Positions 11,246-20,762 of a stretch of 64,000 nucleotides of DNA are shown here, in pieces. Position 1 is the first letter of the stretch. The number at the start of each line of letters is the position of its first letter. The DNA lies in the NCBI GenBank assembly GCA_041396725.1, contig JAWKYA010000003.1:13323-77322 (forward strand). Direction: 5' to 3'. Under the pieces are notes generated by a model. That model did no database searches, was not told where the DNA came from, and worked only from the letters and a program-made list of their open reading frames with translations. Both the position numbers and the translations under genes were made by a program. This stretch comes from Alphaproteobacteria bacterium (GTDB taxonomy: Bacteria > Pseudomonadota > Alphaproteobacteria > JAWKYA01).

Positions 11246-12237
11246 CGCGACTCAGTTCTTGGTTCTCTCAAAGATCGAATTGTTTTCGCATAGGCGTTGA
11301 TAAAAGGAATTCCCATAATCGCTGGAATTACATAGCGCATTGTGCAGAGAATCCCCAGACCTGCAGCGACAGCCGGCGGCATATATGGCGCATAAAGAAA
11401 AATAATCGCCGCATCCCGCGTCCCTACACCCGCAAGGGTAAAAGGAAGCAATCCTGCTAGAATGACCAGTGGCGCTAGAGCTAGATTGACCATGAATGGC
11501 ACAGGCGCCGATAGGGCTGCTGCAAAACCCCAAATCTGAGCCAAATGAAAAAACCACAAAACGATTGAGGAGAGGATAACGACCCATATCTGCCGTTGCC
11601 GCCATGCATACTCCACAACCGCGTGCCAGGAAGTTTCGAGCTTCAATAATCGTACATGAAACCGCTGCGGTAAAATCCAGTACCCAACCCGAAACATGAG
11701 CCGTGGAAATGGGCCTGGCGATAACAACAGCAAGGTTAAGACAAGAAGTACGCCAATCGCTATGCCTAATAATCGCAGGGGTGCAGCATCCCCTGGAAAA
11801 ATAGCCAAGGCGAGAACGCACCACGCCAGTAGTGCCGCCATGTCCCAAGCCTTCTCATAAACTGCCAAAGACAAAGCTAAAGAACCTGAAACACCGCACC
11901 AGTCGGCAACCGCATAAGCTTTCACAATATCTCCCATCTTTGATGGAAGAATCATGTTCAAAACAGCTGCGATCAAGGTCAAGCGCATCGCTTCACCTAA
12001 ACTAAGTTTCTCGGGGTGCGGCATTAAAAGCCGAAGACGCCACGCGGTCATGGCCATCAACGGAATAATCATACCAAGACTGCCAACCAACCACCACTTT
12101 TGAGCGTTCTCGAGTGTAAGCCAGAGCGCGTCTCGATCGATACGCCAGTAAATGACACCGAGAAGAATAAGACTAACCCCAAGACCGATAAGTTTTCGCA
12201 TAGCTCCGCCAAATATTCGCCAGACGTTGCTTAACAC
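11242..12237 (-). CDS. UPF0104 / lysyl-phosphatidylglycerol-synthase-TM-like (flippase-like) membrane protein.
   Basis: 331 aa, multi-pass. It contains LPSKMGDIVKAY and the GVGTRDAA-type motifs typical of the MprF TM-domain family (PF03706-like). Confidence 0.6.
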   Translation of the reverse strand: MLSNVWRIFGGAMRKLIGLGVSLILLGVIYWRIDRDALWLTLENAQKWWLVGSLGMIIPLMAMTAWRLRLLMPHPEKLSLGEAMRLTLIAAVLNMILPSKMGDIVKAYAVADWCGVSGSLALSLAVYEKAWDMAALLAWCVLALAIFPGDAAPLRLLGIAIGVLLVLTLLLLSPGPFPRLMFRVGYWILPQRFHVRLLKLETSWHAVVEYAWRQRQIWVVILSSIVLWFFHLAQIWGFAAALSAPVPFMVNLALAPLVILAGLLPFTLAGVGTRDAAIIFLYAPYMPPAVAAGLGILCTMRYVIPAIMGIPFINAYAKTIRSLREPRTESR

Positions 12238-12259
12238 AGTGTCGGGGTTTCCCCCAATG

Positions 12260-13849
12260 TCAAATTTCGCGTTCGATTTTTAAGGTAGCGCCCGGCTTAA
12301 GCTTGGTGATTTCTTGCGTTAGATCTTGCCAATGACTCTGCATCTGCCCTGGCTGGAACGTGCGGCTTTGGATCACAAAAATCGATGTTTGATGACCGCC
12401 AAGCCCAACCGATTCTACAGCCGACCATGCATCAGAAGCAATTTCATCGACAACCCTCCACTTCCCTTCTTGCCGATGAAGCTCACGGCGAAATTTAAAT
12501 GGCGCACGGGTCTTGCCTGTAATGAGAATACCCTGCAGCAACCGCCGCACAAGATCTGAAAAGAAGCGACCGATGGTTACCATAAAAACACGTAGCAAAA
12601 TATTGTCGAAGATTCCCATAAGGCGTTGCTTTGCCCACCCTGCCTCACCGGATATCACGATTTTATCCGTTGTAATTTCTACCTGATACCGATCGACCAT
12701 ATGACATACGGCAGTACGGCCATCTTTCATACGAAAGGAAATTTGCGTATCCGAGGCCACAAGCGATTTATTTCGAAAAAGCTTGAATACGCCACCTTTG
12801 TTTGTTGCAAGATATAAGGCTGTATCGCCTTGCCGATCCATCAGAAGTCCCGCAGATGGATAGTAGTTCCGCATTTGAGGTTGTTGCTCAACAGGGTGAG
12901 GTCGCGAAGGTACCCAGTCTTTCCACGTTAAAAGCCAATTCCATAAATGATGTCCGATCATATGGTCATCACTATAACAAGCGCCCCTGCCTGCTACACG
13001 CCCTGCAATAACCCGATCATTTGCCATTAAAGCATCCGGGAAATAGCGTCCAATAAGCTCAAGACCATAAGGAAAATAATTATAGGTATTGCGGCTGAAG
13101 TACTCGCCCCCAAAAGATCCGTCAGGATGGACAAATTCCGTTACCATCTTGGCTCCTCGGATCAAAACATTTCGTAAATTTAACTCTGGACGACGTTGAT
13201 CGAGCCATGCCAACAACGATAGCGTTAGAGTCTGATAGCCGAGATCACATCCTTCGTATTCCCAGAACCATCCTTCCTTATCTTGCCATGATAGCAATCG
13301 TTTCAAGCGCGCATCCCGCAATTGGGAGAACGTATGATCGCGCGTGCGTTCAGATAAGAGGTCGAGGCAAAGAACGATAAGAGCTTCGTGATTGGATAAC
13401 TTACCACTCTCTTGATGATGCCCCAGCCATTTTCCACGTCGGTTGAGGAAGGCCTCGAACCCTGCTTCGCGATAGTCTACCAAGGAGGACGCTTCAAGAC
13501 AGGCTAAGAGCGAAAATGCCGTAGCGCCAGCAGCCCGCTCATAGGGGAAGAAATCATCGCACGCCCCATCTTTATGGGCGCTGCTCTGGGCGAAGGCGAG
13601 ACCCGCAATGATCCAATCGCGAATCGCAGCCTGTCCTCTATAGGGATTTTCTGGCAAGGGAAGGTGCCACGCGAGGGCTAAAGGCCACACAAACTCTTGG
13701 GCCATGCCTGTGGGAAAATCCAGGAGTCGATACTGCCAGTAGTTGCGATCGAAACACCCATAGGTAGGACTATGAGGGTTACGGTCTTGTAAAGTCAGGA
13801 GTTTTGGGAGGTCGGCCAGAGCAAAACGGGCCAGAAAATCGCGGGACAT
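12260..13849 (-). CDS. Hypothetical soluble protein of 529 aa with no family recognised.
   Basis: A long intact ORF in an operon-like arrangement with 9926..12237. It is rich in W, Y and D and may have an alpha/alpha-toroid carbohydrate-enzyme-like composition. No catalytic motif was identified. Confidence 0.55.
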   Translation of the reverse strand: MSRDFLARFALADLPKLLTLQDRNPHSPTYGCFDRNYWQYRLLDFPTGMAQEFVWPLALAWHLPLPENPYRGQAAIRDWIIAGLAFAQSSAHKDGACDDFFPYERAAGATAFSLLACLEASSLVDYREAGFEAFLNRRGKWLGHHQESGKLSNHEALIVLCLDLLSERTRDHTFSQLRDARLKRLLSWQDKEGWFWEYEGCDLGYQTLTLSLLAWLDQRRPELNLRNVLIRGAKMVTEFVHPDGSFGGEYFSRNTYNYFPYGLELIGRYFPDALMANDRVIAGRVAGRGACYSDDHMIGHHLWNWLLTWKDWVPSRPHPVEQQPQMRNYYPSAGLLMDRQGDTALYLATNKGGVFKLFRNKSLVASDTQISFRMKDGRTAVCHMVDRYQVEITTDKIVISGEAGWAKQRLMGIFDNILLRVFMVTIGRFFSDLVRRLLQGILITGKTRAPFKFRRELHRQEGKWRVVDEIASDAWSAVESVGLGGHQTSIFVIQSRTFQPGQMQSHWQDLTQEITKLKPGATLKIEREI

Positions 13850-13991
13850 GGCATCCTTGTCTAGAGGAGCGGAAAGGGAAAGCTATGGCAAGCCTGGCTA
13901 TGGGGCAAGAGGGACCTCTTTTCTGGCATTCTGTTGCCAGTTGCAGTAGTTGTGATGGGCCTTTTAGCTTCAAATAAGAGAATCCCTGACC

Positions 13992-14990
13992 GTGACGTCC
14001 GCCCCGACCCCACTCCTCCTTATTGGCATCCCCTGCTTGAATGAAGAAAAAGCCATCGGTAGCGTTATCGATCGGCTTCCCCAACACATCGATGGCGTCG
14101 GCACAATCGATGTTGTGGTTATCGATGATGGATCCAGCGATCGCTCAGCGAGCATCGCTATCTCTAAGGGTGCCAAGGTTATTAAGCACGGCATTAATCA
14201 AGGGGTCGGAGTCGCCTTTCAGACCGCAGTCGAGTACACCATTCTAAATGGCTACGATATGATGGTGTGGATTGATGGAGATGGTCAGTTCGATCCAGCT
14301 AACATCCCACAACTTCTAACGCCGATCCTGGTGCAAGAAGCGGAGATGGTGACGGCTTCACGGTTCACCGACCCAACTCTGCTCCCCAATATGCCGCGCT
14401 TAAAGCTCCACGGAAATCGCGCGATGTCGCTGCTTGTAAGCGCTCTCACACGACAGCGCTTTCAAGATGTTTCGTGTGGATTTCGCGCCTTCAGCCGCGA
14501 AGCCCTCCTGCAGCTCAATCTTCATGGTAGTTTCACCTACACTCAAGAGACTTTTTTCGATCTGACCCACAAAGGCCTCACCATTAGTGAGATTCCTTTA
14601 TCTGTAAAATACTTCGAAGATCGCCAGTCGCGTGTTGCTAATAATCTATTAATGTATGGCCTTAAGACTTTATCGATTCTTTCCAGCGCCTATCGCGACC
14701 GCTACCCGTTTCGCTTTTATGCAATCCTATCGGCACTCTTTATTGCTATCGGCACAATTCCTCTAGGATTACTCCTTGAAACAGATCTGCGTGGAGAACC
14801 ACCAACGCCATTGGTATGGTTTGGTGTTTTTGGCGGCACCTGTTTGGTTGTTGGCGCCGCACTTTTGGCAACAGCGTTCTCGGCTAAAATGTTAGCGCGC
14901 AGCCGCATTAATCACGACCGTATTCTTTATTTACTGAAACGCGAAGCTTGGCTTAAGGCGCGGCAAGCACGAGGTCTGCCTGGTTGGTAA
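13992..14990 (+). CDS. GT2 glycosyltransferase of the polyprenyl-phosphate sugar synthase type (ArnC/GtrB/DPM1-like).
   Basis: The sequence has IPCLNEEKAIGSVIDRL, VVVIDDGSSDRS and WIDGDGQFDP (DxD). Two C-terminal TM helices are present (FYAILSALFIAIGTIPLGLLL and VWFGVFGGTCLVVGAALLATAF). The start is GTG. Confidence 0.75.
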   Translation: MTSAPTPLLLIGIPCLNEEKAIGSVIDRLPQHIDGVGTIDVVVIDDGSSDRSASIAISKGAKVIKHGINQGVGVAFQTAVEYTILNGYDMMVWIDGDGQFDPANIPQLLTPILVQEAEMVTASRFTDPTLLPNMPRLKLHGNRAMSLLVSALTRQRFQDVSCGFRAFSREALLQLNLHGSFTYTQETFFDLTHKGLTISEIPLSVKYFEDRQSRVANNLLMYGLKTLSILSSAYRDRYPFRFYAILSALFIAIGTIPLGLLLETDLRGEPPTPLVWFGVFGGTCLVVGAALLATAFSAKMLARSRINHDRILYLLKREAWLKARQARGLPGW

Positions 14991-14992
14991 GG

Positions 14993-15907
14993 TTAAGAGA
15001 ATTTTACCTTACGGCTACGCACCCGTTTTGCCAGATCATGCGCCGTAACAAATTCAACTTTCTTTTTCAAGTTACTAAACCACGATTTTACAAAGCTGCG
15101 AAAAGGTACGCCAATATTGCGCGTAAAAAGTCGCAGATACGCCGTTCGCCGCGGTAAAACAAACGGCTCAGCTACCTCGTAAGGATGAAAATAAAAAAGA
15201 CCATACCCTTTACGAAGGTTAGCTTCGATCGCAGTTCTTGCCCACCACCCACCGAAGGCGCGCGCTAAAATTCCTGTCCCACCGGGCAGCAATAATCCTG
15301 GAAAAACTGGCAAAGGTAATTCAACGAGAGAAAGATCACCTGGTTTCGCAAGATTGTAGCGCGAGGGATGATACGGAGTTGTTGGCGCACCTGTCATGTT
15401 AGAGAACTTGCCCAAAAAAGATCGTGATGGACAAACCGAGCTATCGTAGAGAAATTTCTCCTCATCGAGGATCGCCATTTGCGTTGAATCAATAATCAAA
15501 TTTGGCGCGCGATAACCAACGATCTCTTGGTCGGAAATTTCTGCTAAACGCGACCGCGAACGGCGGATAATGTTCCGAAACTCTTCTGGTGTAAAATGTG
15601 TATTATCGACATGATGCCATCCATGCAGAGCGATCTCGTGGCCTCGCTCTTTTATCGCGCGAATAACCGTGGGAAATAGCTCTGCCATTTCGACGAGTAC
15701 GAAAAATGTAGTGGGAACCTCCAGCTCATCAATTAAGTGAAGGGTTGCTTCAAGACTTGCCGGAAAATCTAGCGGCCGATCGGTGTTAAAGCTTGCTTTA
15801 TAGCCCGTTAAAGAATCTGGCCATAAAGACTTGGTCGATCCCGATGCCCAACGCCCATGGATCCAGCTTTCGACATCTATAGAAAAGGTAAATAGGGGTT
15901 TCGACAA
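14993..15907 (-). CDS. Polysaccharide deacetylase (NodB-homology) family protein, ArnD/NaxD-like subtype.
   Basis: The sequence has FTFSIDVESW in place of TFDD, TTFFVLVEMAELFP and HEIALHGWHHVD (His-His metal motif). It is 304 aa. Confidence 0.7.
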   Translation of the reverse strand: MSKPLFTFSIDVESWIHGRWASGSTKSLWPDSLTGYKASFNTDRPLDFPASLEATLHLIDELEVPTTFFVLVEMAELFPTVIRAIKERGHEIALHGWHHVDNTHFTPEEFRNIIRRSRSRLAEISDQEIVGYRAPNLIIDSTQMAILDEEKFLYDSSVCPSRSFLGKFSNMTGAPTTPYHPSRYNLAKPGDLSLVELPLPVFPGLLLPGGTGILARAFGGWWARTAIEANLRKGYGLFYFHPYEVAEPFVLPRRTAYLRLFTRNIGVPFRSFVKSWFSNLKKKVEFVTAHDLAKRVRSRKVKFS

Positions 15908-15918
15908 AATACCCTCTT

Positions 15919-16713
15919 TTAGGAAGGGCTTGAGGTGGGAGTTGTCAAATCTTTGCGTATAGTTTCAAGCCCCGAGGAAGCTTGATGTATCATCAAGCCT
16001 AGGTCCGAGCCCATCGCCACGAAGCTATACCCCATAGCCAGATAACGTTTCACCGCTGCCGTATCTTGACCAATAATTCCACACGGTACTTTACAATCCT
16101 TCGCTACCTGAGCAGCTGCCGCAAGAGCTTCCTGAACTTGAGGATCCATAACCTTACCCAAAAGCCCCATATTCGCTGAAAGATCCGCAGGGCCGATAAA
16201 GATAGCATCGACTCCATCCAGAGCTGCAATTTGAGGCAATAACGCAACTGCCGCAGGGGTCTCAAGCTGAAGAATGACACAAAGCTCGGATGCAGCTTTA
16301 TGAACATAATCGGTTATGGTTCCAAATCGTCCAGCGCGATTCATACCCGCAACACCGCGAATACCTCGAGGCGGATAGCGTGTGGCAGCCACAGCTTGTT
16401 TTGCTTCTTCAATCGTTTGGATAAAAGGAAACATCAAAGTCTGCGCTCCAGCATCCAGCACGCGTTTCACAATGATGGCATCGTTCCACGGCACGCGAAG
16501 AACGGGTGGGGTCGGCGTTCCCGCGAGAACTTGCATCAAAGCTAAGGCTTGTGGCAAATCGATGGGGCAATGCTCCATATCCACGACAAGAAAATCGAAG
16601 CCCACACATCCCATAGCCTCGGCCGTCAGAGGACTTGCTGACATCAACCAGCTCCCAATAAGAGGCGCTGACATGGGCAACCGCGATTTAAAAACATTGC
16701 GAGGAAGATTCAT
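15919..16713 (-). CDS. HpcH/HpaI-family 2-keto-3-deoxy sugar-acid aldolase.
   Basis: The sequence has GFDFLVVDMEHCPID, VLRVPWND, VKRVLDAGAQTLMFPF and TRYPPRGIRG, which are class II aldolase signatures. Confidence 0.8.
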   Translation of the reverse strand: MNLPRNVFKSRLPMSAPLIGSWLMSASPLTAEAMGCVGFDFLVVDMEHCPIDLPQALALMQVLAGTPTPPVLRVPWNDAIIVKRVLDAGAQTLMFPFIQTIEEAKQAVAATRYPPRGIRGVAGMNRAGRFGTITDYVHKAASELCVILQLETPAAVALLPQIAALDGVDAIFIGPADLSANMGLLGKVMDPQVQEALAAAAQVAKDCKVPCGIIGQDTAAVKRYLAMGYSFVAMGSDLGLMIHQASSGLETIRKDLTTPTSSPS

Positions 16714-18443
16714 TAAAATATCTCCGGCTCAGGCGTTGGCAGTCCTGCTTCAAGAAAATCGAAATCACAGCCTTCGTTCGCTTGGCGGACATGGCGTTGA
16801 TACAGAGCCGTATATCCCCGTGAATAGCGTGAGGTTGGTGGAATCCAAGCTTGGCGCCGCCGCTCAAGCTCTTGATCAGAAACATGAAGCTCCAGCCGGC
16901 GCGCAGATACATCGAGGGTAATCTTATCCTTGTTCTGTACCAAAGCCAGTGGACCACCCACATGGGACTCAGGTGCCACATGCAGAACACAGGTGCCATA
17001 ATGCGTACCGCTCATCCGAGAATCGGATATCCGCACCATATCGCGAACACCTTTCGATAAAAGCTTTTTGGGAATTGGCAAGGCGCCCCACTCCGGCATA
17101 CCGGGAGCGCCCACCGGCCCCGCGCCACGCAAAACAAGAATTGTTGTCTCATCCACAGGAAGATCCGGGTCATCGATGCGCTTTGTCAGATCGGCATGGC
17201 TATCGAAGACTAAGGCTTCGCCCGTATGTTGCAACAGTGACGGTGTTGCTGCAGATGGTTTAATGACTGCGCCATCAGGCGCTAAGTTACCGCGCAAAAC
17301 CGCCAGAGCCTCACCTCGAACAACAGGCCGATCTACAGACCGGATGATATCATCATCCCAACACGCCGCGCTCTGTAGATTATCGCCAAGAGATTTTCCG
17401 TTAATCGTCGTACAGTTGAGATGTAATCGGTCTGTTACGCGCAGCAATAAAGCCCGTAAGCCCCCCGCATAATGGAAATCTTCCATCAGGAATTTCCCTG
17501 CCGGCATTAAGTTCGCGAGTACCGGCGTGCGACGTCCCTCTTGATCCATATCCTCTAGAGACAGCATAACACTACAGCGCCGCGCCAAGGCTACGAGATG
17601 CACGGCAGCATTGGTTGAGCCACCTAAGGCCATGTAGGTCACAACGCCATTATGAAAAGCCTGTTTCGTTAGGATATCCGTTGGCTTTAGATCCTCCCAT
17701 ACCATGTCGATGATCCGCGTCCCACAACTGGCTGCCATCCGGCTATGCGCTGAATCGACTGCAGGAATAGACGAAGCTCCCGGAAAGGTCATCCCCATAG
17801 CCTCGACAATAGATGTCATAGTCGATGCTGTTCCCATCGTATTGCATGTTCCGGTCGACCGTGTACTAGCGCCTTCGAGATCAACCCAATCTTCCGGTGT
17901 GATTTTTCCAGCACGCAACTCATCCCAATATTTTCGCGTATGAGTGCCTGCACCGATGGTCTGGCCACGCCAATGGGCACTGAGCATCGGTCCTGCAGGG
18001 CAGAATATCGCCGGAATATTCATACTGATTGCCCCCATCAGCAACCCTGGTGTTGTCTTATCACATCCTCCAAGCAGAACGACCCCATCGATCGGGTGGG
18101 AGCGTAATAACTCTTCAACCTCCATCGCTAAAAAGTTTCGATAGAGCATTGTGGTTGGCTTAACAATGACCTCACCCAAGGACATAGCGGGGAGTTCTAC
18201 TGGAAAACCACCAGCCTGAAGAATACCGCGCCGTACTGCATCTGCGCGATCGCGAAGATGTGAATGACAGGGACTTAGCTCGCTCCAGGTATTTAGAATA
18301 GCAATAACGGGACGCCCCATAAAATCTTCGCGGCGAAATCCCATTTGCTGGGTACGTTGGCGGTGGGAAAAAGCACGCATATCTGCAGCTCCATACCACC
18401 GATGACTGCGCAGGTTCTCGGCCCGACGCCTTGAAGGTAACAT
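16713..18443 (-). CDS. IlvD/Edd-family sugar-acid dehydratase (L-arabinonate/D-xylonate dehydratase-like).
   Basis: The sequence has LRSHRWYGAADMRAFSHRQRTQQMGF, PVIAILNTWSELSPCHSHL and LLGGCDKTTPG. It is 576 aa. Confidence 0.8.
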   Translation of the reverse strand: MLPSRRRAENLRSHRWYGAADMRAFSHRQRTQQMGFRREDFMGRPVIAILNTWSELSPCHSHLRDRADAVRRGILQAGGFPVELPAMSLGEVIVKPTTMLYRNFLAMEVEELLRSHPIDGVVLLGGCDKTTPGLLMGAISMNIPAIFCPAGPMLSAHWRGQTIGAGTHTRKYWDELRAGKITPEDWVDLEGASTRSTGTCNTMGTASTMTSIVEAMGMTFPGASSIPAVDSAHSRMAASCGTRIIDMVWEDLKPTDILTKQAFHNGVVTYMALGGSTNAAVHLVALARRCSVMLSLEDMDQEGRRTPVLANLMPAGKFLMEDFHYAGGLRALLLRVTDRLHLNCTTINGKSLGDNLQSAACWDDDIIRSVDRPVVRGEALAVLRGNLAPDGAVIKPSAATPSLLQHTGEALVFDSHADLTKRIDDPDLPVDETTILVLRGAGPVGAPGMPEWGALPIPKKLLSKGVRDMVRISDSRMSGTHYGTCVLHVAPESHVGGPLALVQNKDKITLDVSARRLELHVSDQELERRRQAWIPPTSRYSRGYTALYQRHVRQANEGCDFDFLEAGLPTPEPEIF

Positions 18444-18578
18444 GTTTGATAAAGCCTCCCTTAGAGGAATTGATAGCCTGGCCTGCTCTGCAATTCAAAC
18501 GCCGATTGTTGCATATGAACCGAATAAGGATTGACCGTATAACCCAGAACGATACCATGGCAGCAACCTAAGGATCCG

Positions 18579-18614
18579 TTTCTCTCTGACTTTCTTCTTC
18601 TCTCTGACTTTCTT
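18579..18614 (+). repeat. Perfect 18-bp tandem duplication (TTCTCTCTGACTTTCTTC x2) just upstream of the GH31 start codon.
   Basis: Read directly: 18579..18596 is identical to 18597..18614. It ends 12 nt before the ATG at 18627. Confidence 0.9.
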
Positions 18615-18626
18615 CCTGGATTTTGA

Positions 18627-20762
18627 ATGATCGACTTTAGCGAATTTTCCCGCCTCGAAAGCCTCACGACAACACACCCAGGAAGCTTTAAAACCGATAC
18701 CGGTCAAGATCTAACCGTTTCAGCTATTGCGCCAGGTGTTTTTCGTTTGAGATTTGGTCCCCAGACCAAGCCCGATTATAAACTTCTTCTAGCGCCACTC
18801 CCATCCCTCCCCTTAAAAGCAAACCAGAAAGATAACATTTTCAGCTTGCGCGCCGGAACGAATGCACGGTTGGAGGTTATACAAAATCCTCTACGCCTGC
18901 GGTTATTTCAGCGTAATCGTCTTATCCTCGAGTCCATTCTCGACGAACACTTTCGTGGATGGACCAGATTGCCTTGCTTTGGTCATAACAAAAATCAATG
19001 GACCGCGGCCTTCGCTTTAACGGAAGGTGAAGCGGTTTATGGGTTGGGGGAAAAATTTAGCTCCCTCAATCGACGAAACCAACTTGTTGTCAGTCGCGCA
19101 GAAGATGCTTTAGGCGTTAATACGGAGCTTTCGTACAAAAACATACCCTTCTGTTGGAGTCCGCGAGGTTGGGGTGTTTTTGTACATACCCCAGGACGGG
19201 TAACGCATGGTGTCGGTTACCCTCAATGGTCCCATCGCAGCTATGGGCTGGTCGTCGACGATGAAGCCTTAGATCTTTTTCTTTTTGCTGCCGATGCGCC
19301 TGCAGAAATATTAAATGCCCTCACATCCCTTACAGGACGCCCTGCTGTGCCACCACCTTGGAGCCTCGGGGTTTGGGTGAGCCGGGCTTATTACCAAACC
19401 GCGGACCAGGCCTTAGCCATAGCGCGCGAGATCCGCGATCGCCGTATTCCTTGCGATGTCCTGACTCTGGATGGACGGGCCTGGCTCGAGGTAAAAACGC
19501 GATTTGCCTTCGAATGGGATGCCAGTCGTTATCCCGATCCCAAGGCAACGCTGAGCCAAATCAAAGCCCAACATTTCAAAGTCTGCTGTTGGGAATACCC
19601 GCTTGTATCCATCCATAATCCTTTGTTTGAGGAGCTGGCGAAAAAAGGGTGGTTGCTCAAAACAGAAAGTGGTGAAGCTTATCGCTATGCTTGGGATGTG
19701 GATCCAAAATCGTCTCCGTTCGGATCCGTTCTAACACCTCTGCCCGTGAGTGGCATTTTCGACTTTACCCATCCTGAGGCCTATGGGTGGTGGCAAGATC
19801 AGCACAAGGCTTTATTCGAGGTTGGCGTCGATGTCATGAAAACCGATTTCGGCGAACAGGTCCCTGACGATGCTGTTGCTCACAATGGCGATACCGGCGA
19901 ACGGCTGCATAATGTTTATCCCTTGCTCTACAATGCCTGCGTCTTTGAAGCCATGGCAAAACACGGCAAAGAGCCGATTGTTTGGGGTCGCGACGGGTGG
20001 ACGGGCAGCCAGCGGTATCCCGTACAATGGGGCGGCGATCCCCAAAGCGACTGGGGGGGTCTTGCGGCCAGCATCCGAGGTGGCTTGTCCTGGGGGTTAT
20101 CTGGCGTCCCTTGCTATGCCACCGATGTTGGTGGGTTTTATGGCAAAGAGCAACCCAATGCAGAACTTTATCTGCGGTGGGTTGCTCAAGGTATTTTCTC
20201 TTCGCATTTCCGTTTCCATGGAATTGGTCTGCGCGAGCCTTGGCACTTTGGCCCCGATGCTGAAGTCATGGCTCGGCAGCTTCTGGAATTTCGCTATCGA
20301 CTTATTCCGTATATTCACGCTGTTCTCAAAGACGCCGCACAAACAGGATTACCGGCGATGCGGGCGATGCCGCTTGCCTTTCCCCAAGATAAAATCGCCC
20401 ATGGTTTCGACACGCAATATATGTTCGGGCCTAGTCTCTTGGTCGCTCCGATCACGGCCCCTGGCGGTCAGGTGGATATCTGGCTACCGGACGGTCTTTG
20501 GTACGATATTTGGACGGGAGAACCCTACGAGGGTGCCGGTCTTTTAACCATCGAAGACATCCCTCTGGACCGTATCCCCGTCTTTGGCCGCGAGGGAACG
20601 GTTTTATCTCTCGGTCCTGTGGTCCAGCACACGGGGGAGATTAATCCAAAACGACCCATAGAAGAGTGCTGGATTTTTGGTGCTCCGAAAGAAGATGCCA
20701 TCCCCTCACCCGGCTATAAGATTACGCACCGCCAATTTGGCAGGAAGGCTCCGCGCCGTTAA
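18627..20762 (+). CDS. GH31 glycoside hydrolase, alpha-xylosidase (YicI-like).
   Basis: 711 aa. It contains GVDVMKTDFGE (the GH31 nucleophile region in its YicI-type KTDFGE form) and WGGDPQSDW. Confidence 0.8.
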   Translation: MIDFSEFSRLESLTTTHPGSFKTDTGQDLTVSAIAPGVFRLRFGPQTKPDYKLLLAPLPSLPLKANQKDNIFSLRAGTNARLEVIQNPLRLRLFQRNRLILESILDEHFRGWTRLPCFGHNKNQWTAAFALTEGEAVYGLGEKFSSLNRRNQLVVSRAEDALGVNTELSYKNIPFCWSPRGWGVFVHTPGRVTHGVGYPQWSHRSYGLVVDDEALDLFLFAADAPAEILNALTSLTGRPAVPPPWSLGVWVSRAYYQTADQALAIAREIRDRRIPCDVLTLDGRAWLEVKTRFAFEWDASRYPDPKATLSQIKAQHFKVCCWEYPLVSIHNPLFEELAKKGWLLKTESGEAYRYAWDVDPKSSPFGSVLTPLPVSGIFDFTHPEAYGWWQDQHKALFEVGVDVMKTDFGEQVPDDAVAHNGDTGERLHNVYPLLYNACVFEAMAKHGKEPIVWGRDGWTGSQRYPVQWGGDPQSDWGGLAASIRGGLSWGLSGVPCYATDVGGFYGKEQPNAELYLRWVAQGIFSSHFRFHGIGLREPWHFGPDAEVMARQLLEFRYRLIPYIHAVLKDAAQTGLPAMRAMPLAFPQDKIAHGFDTQYMFGPSLLVAPITAPGGQVDIWLPDGLWYDIWTGEPYEGAGLLTIEDIPLDRIPVFGREGTVLSLGPVVQHTGEINPKRPIEECWIFGAPKEDAIPSPGYKITHRQFGRKAPRR

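Noticed and set aside
13924-13938. TGGCATTCTGTTGCC as a sigma-54 promoter for the GT2 gene.
   Set aside because: The GG-to-GC spacing is 9 nt rather than the 10 nt required for -24/-12 promoters.
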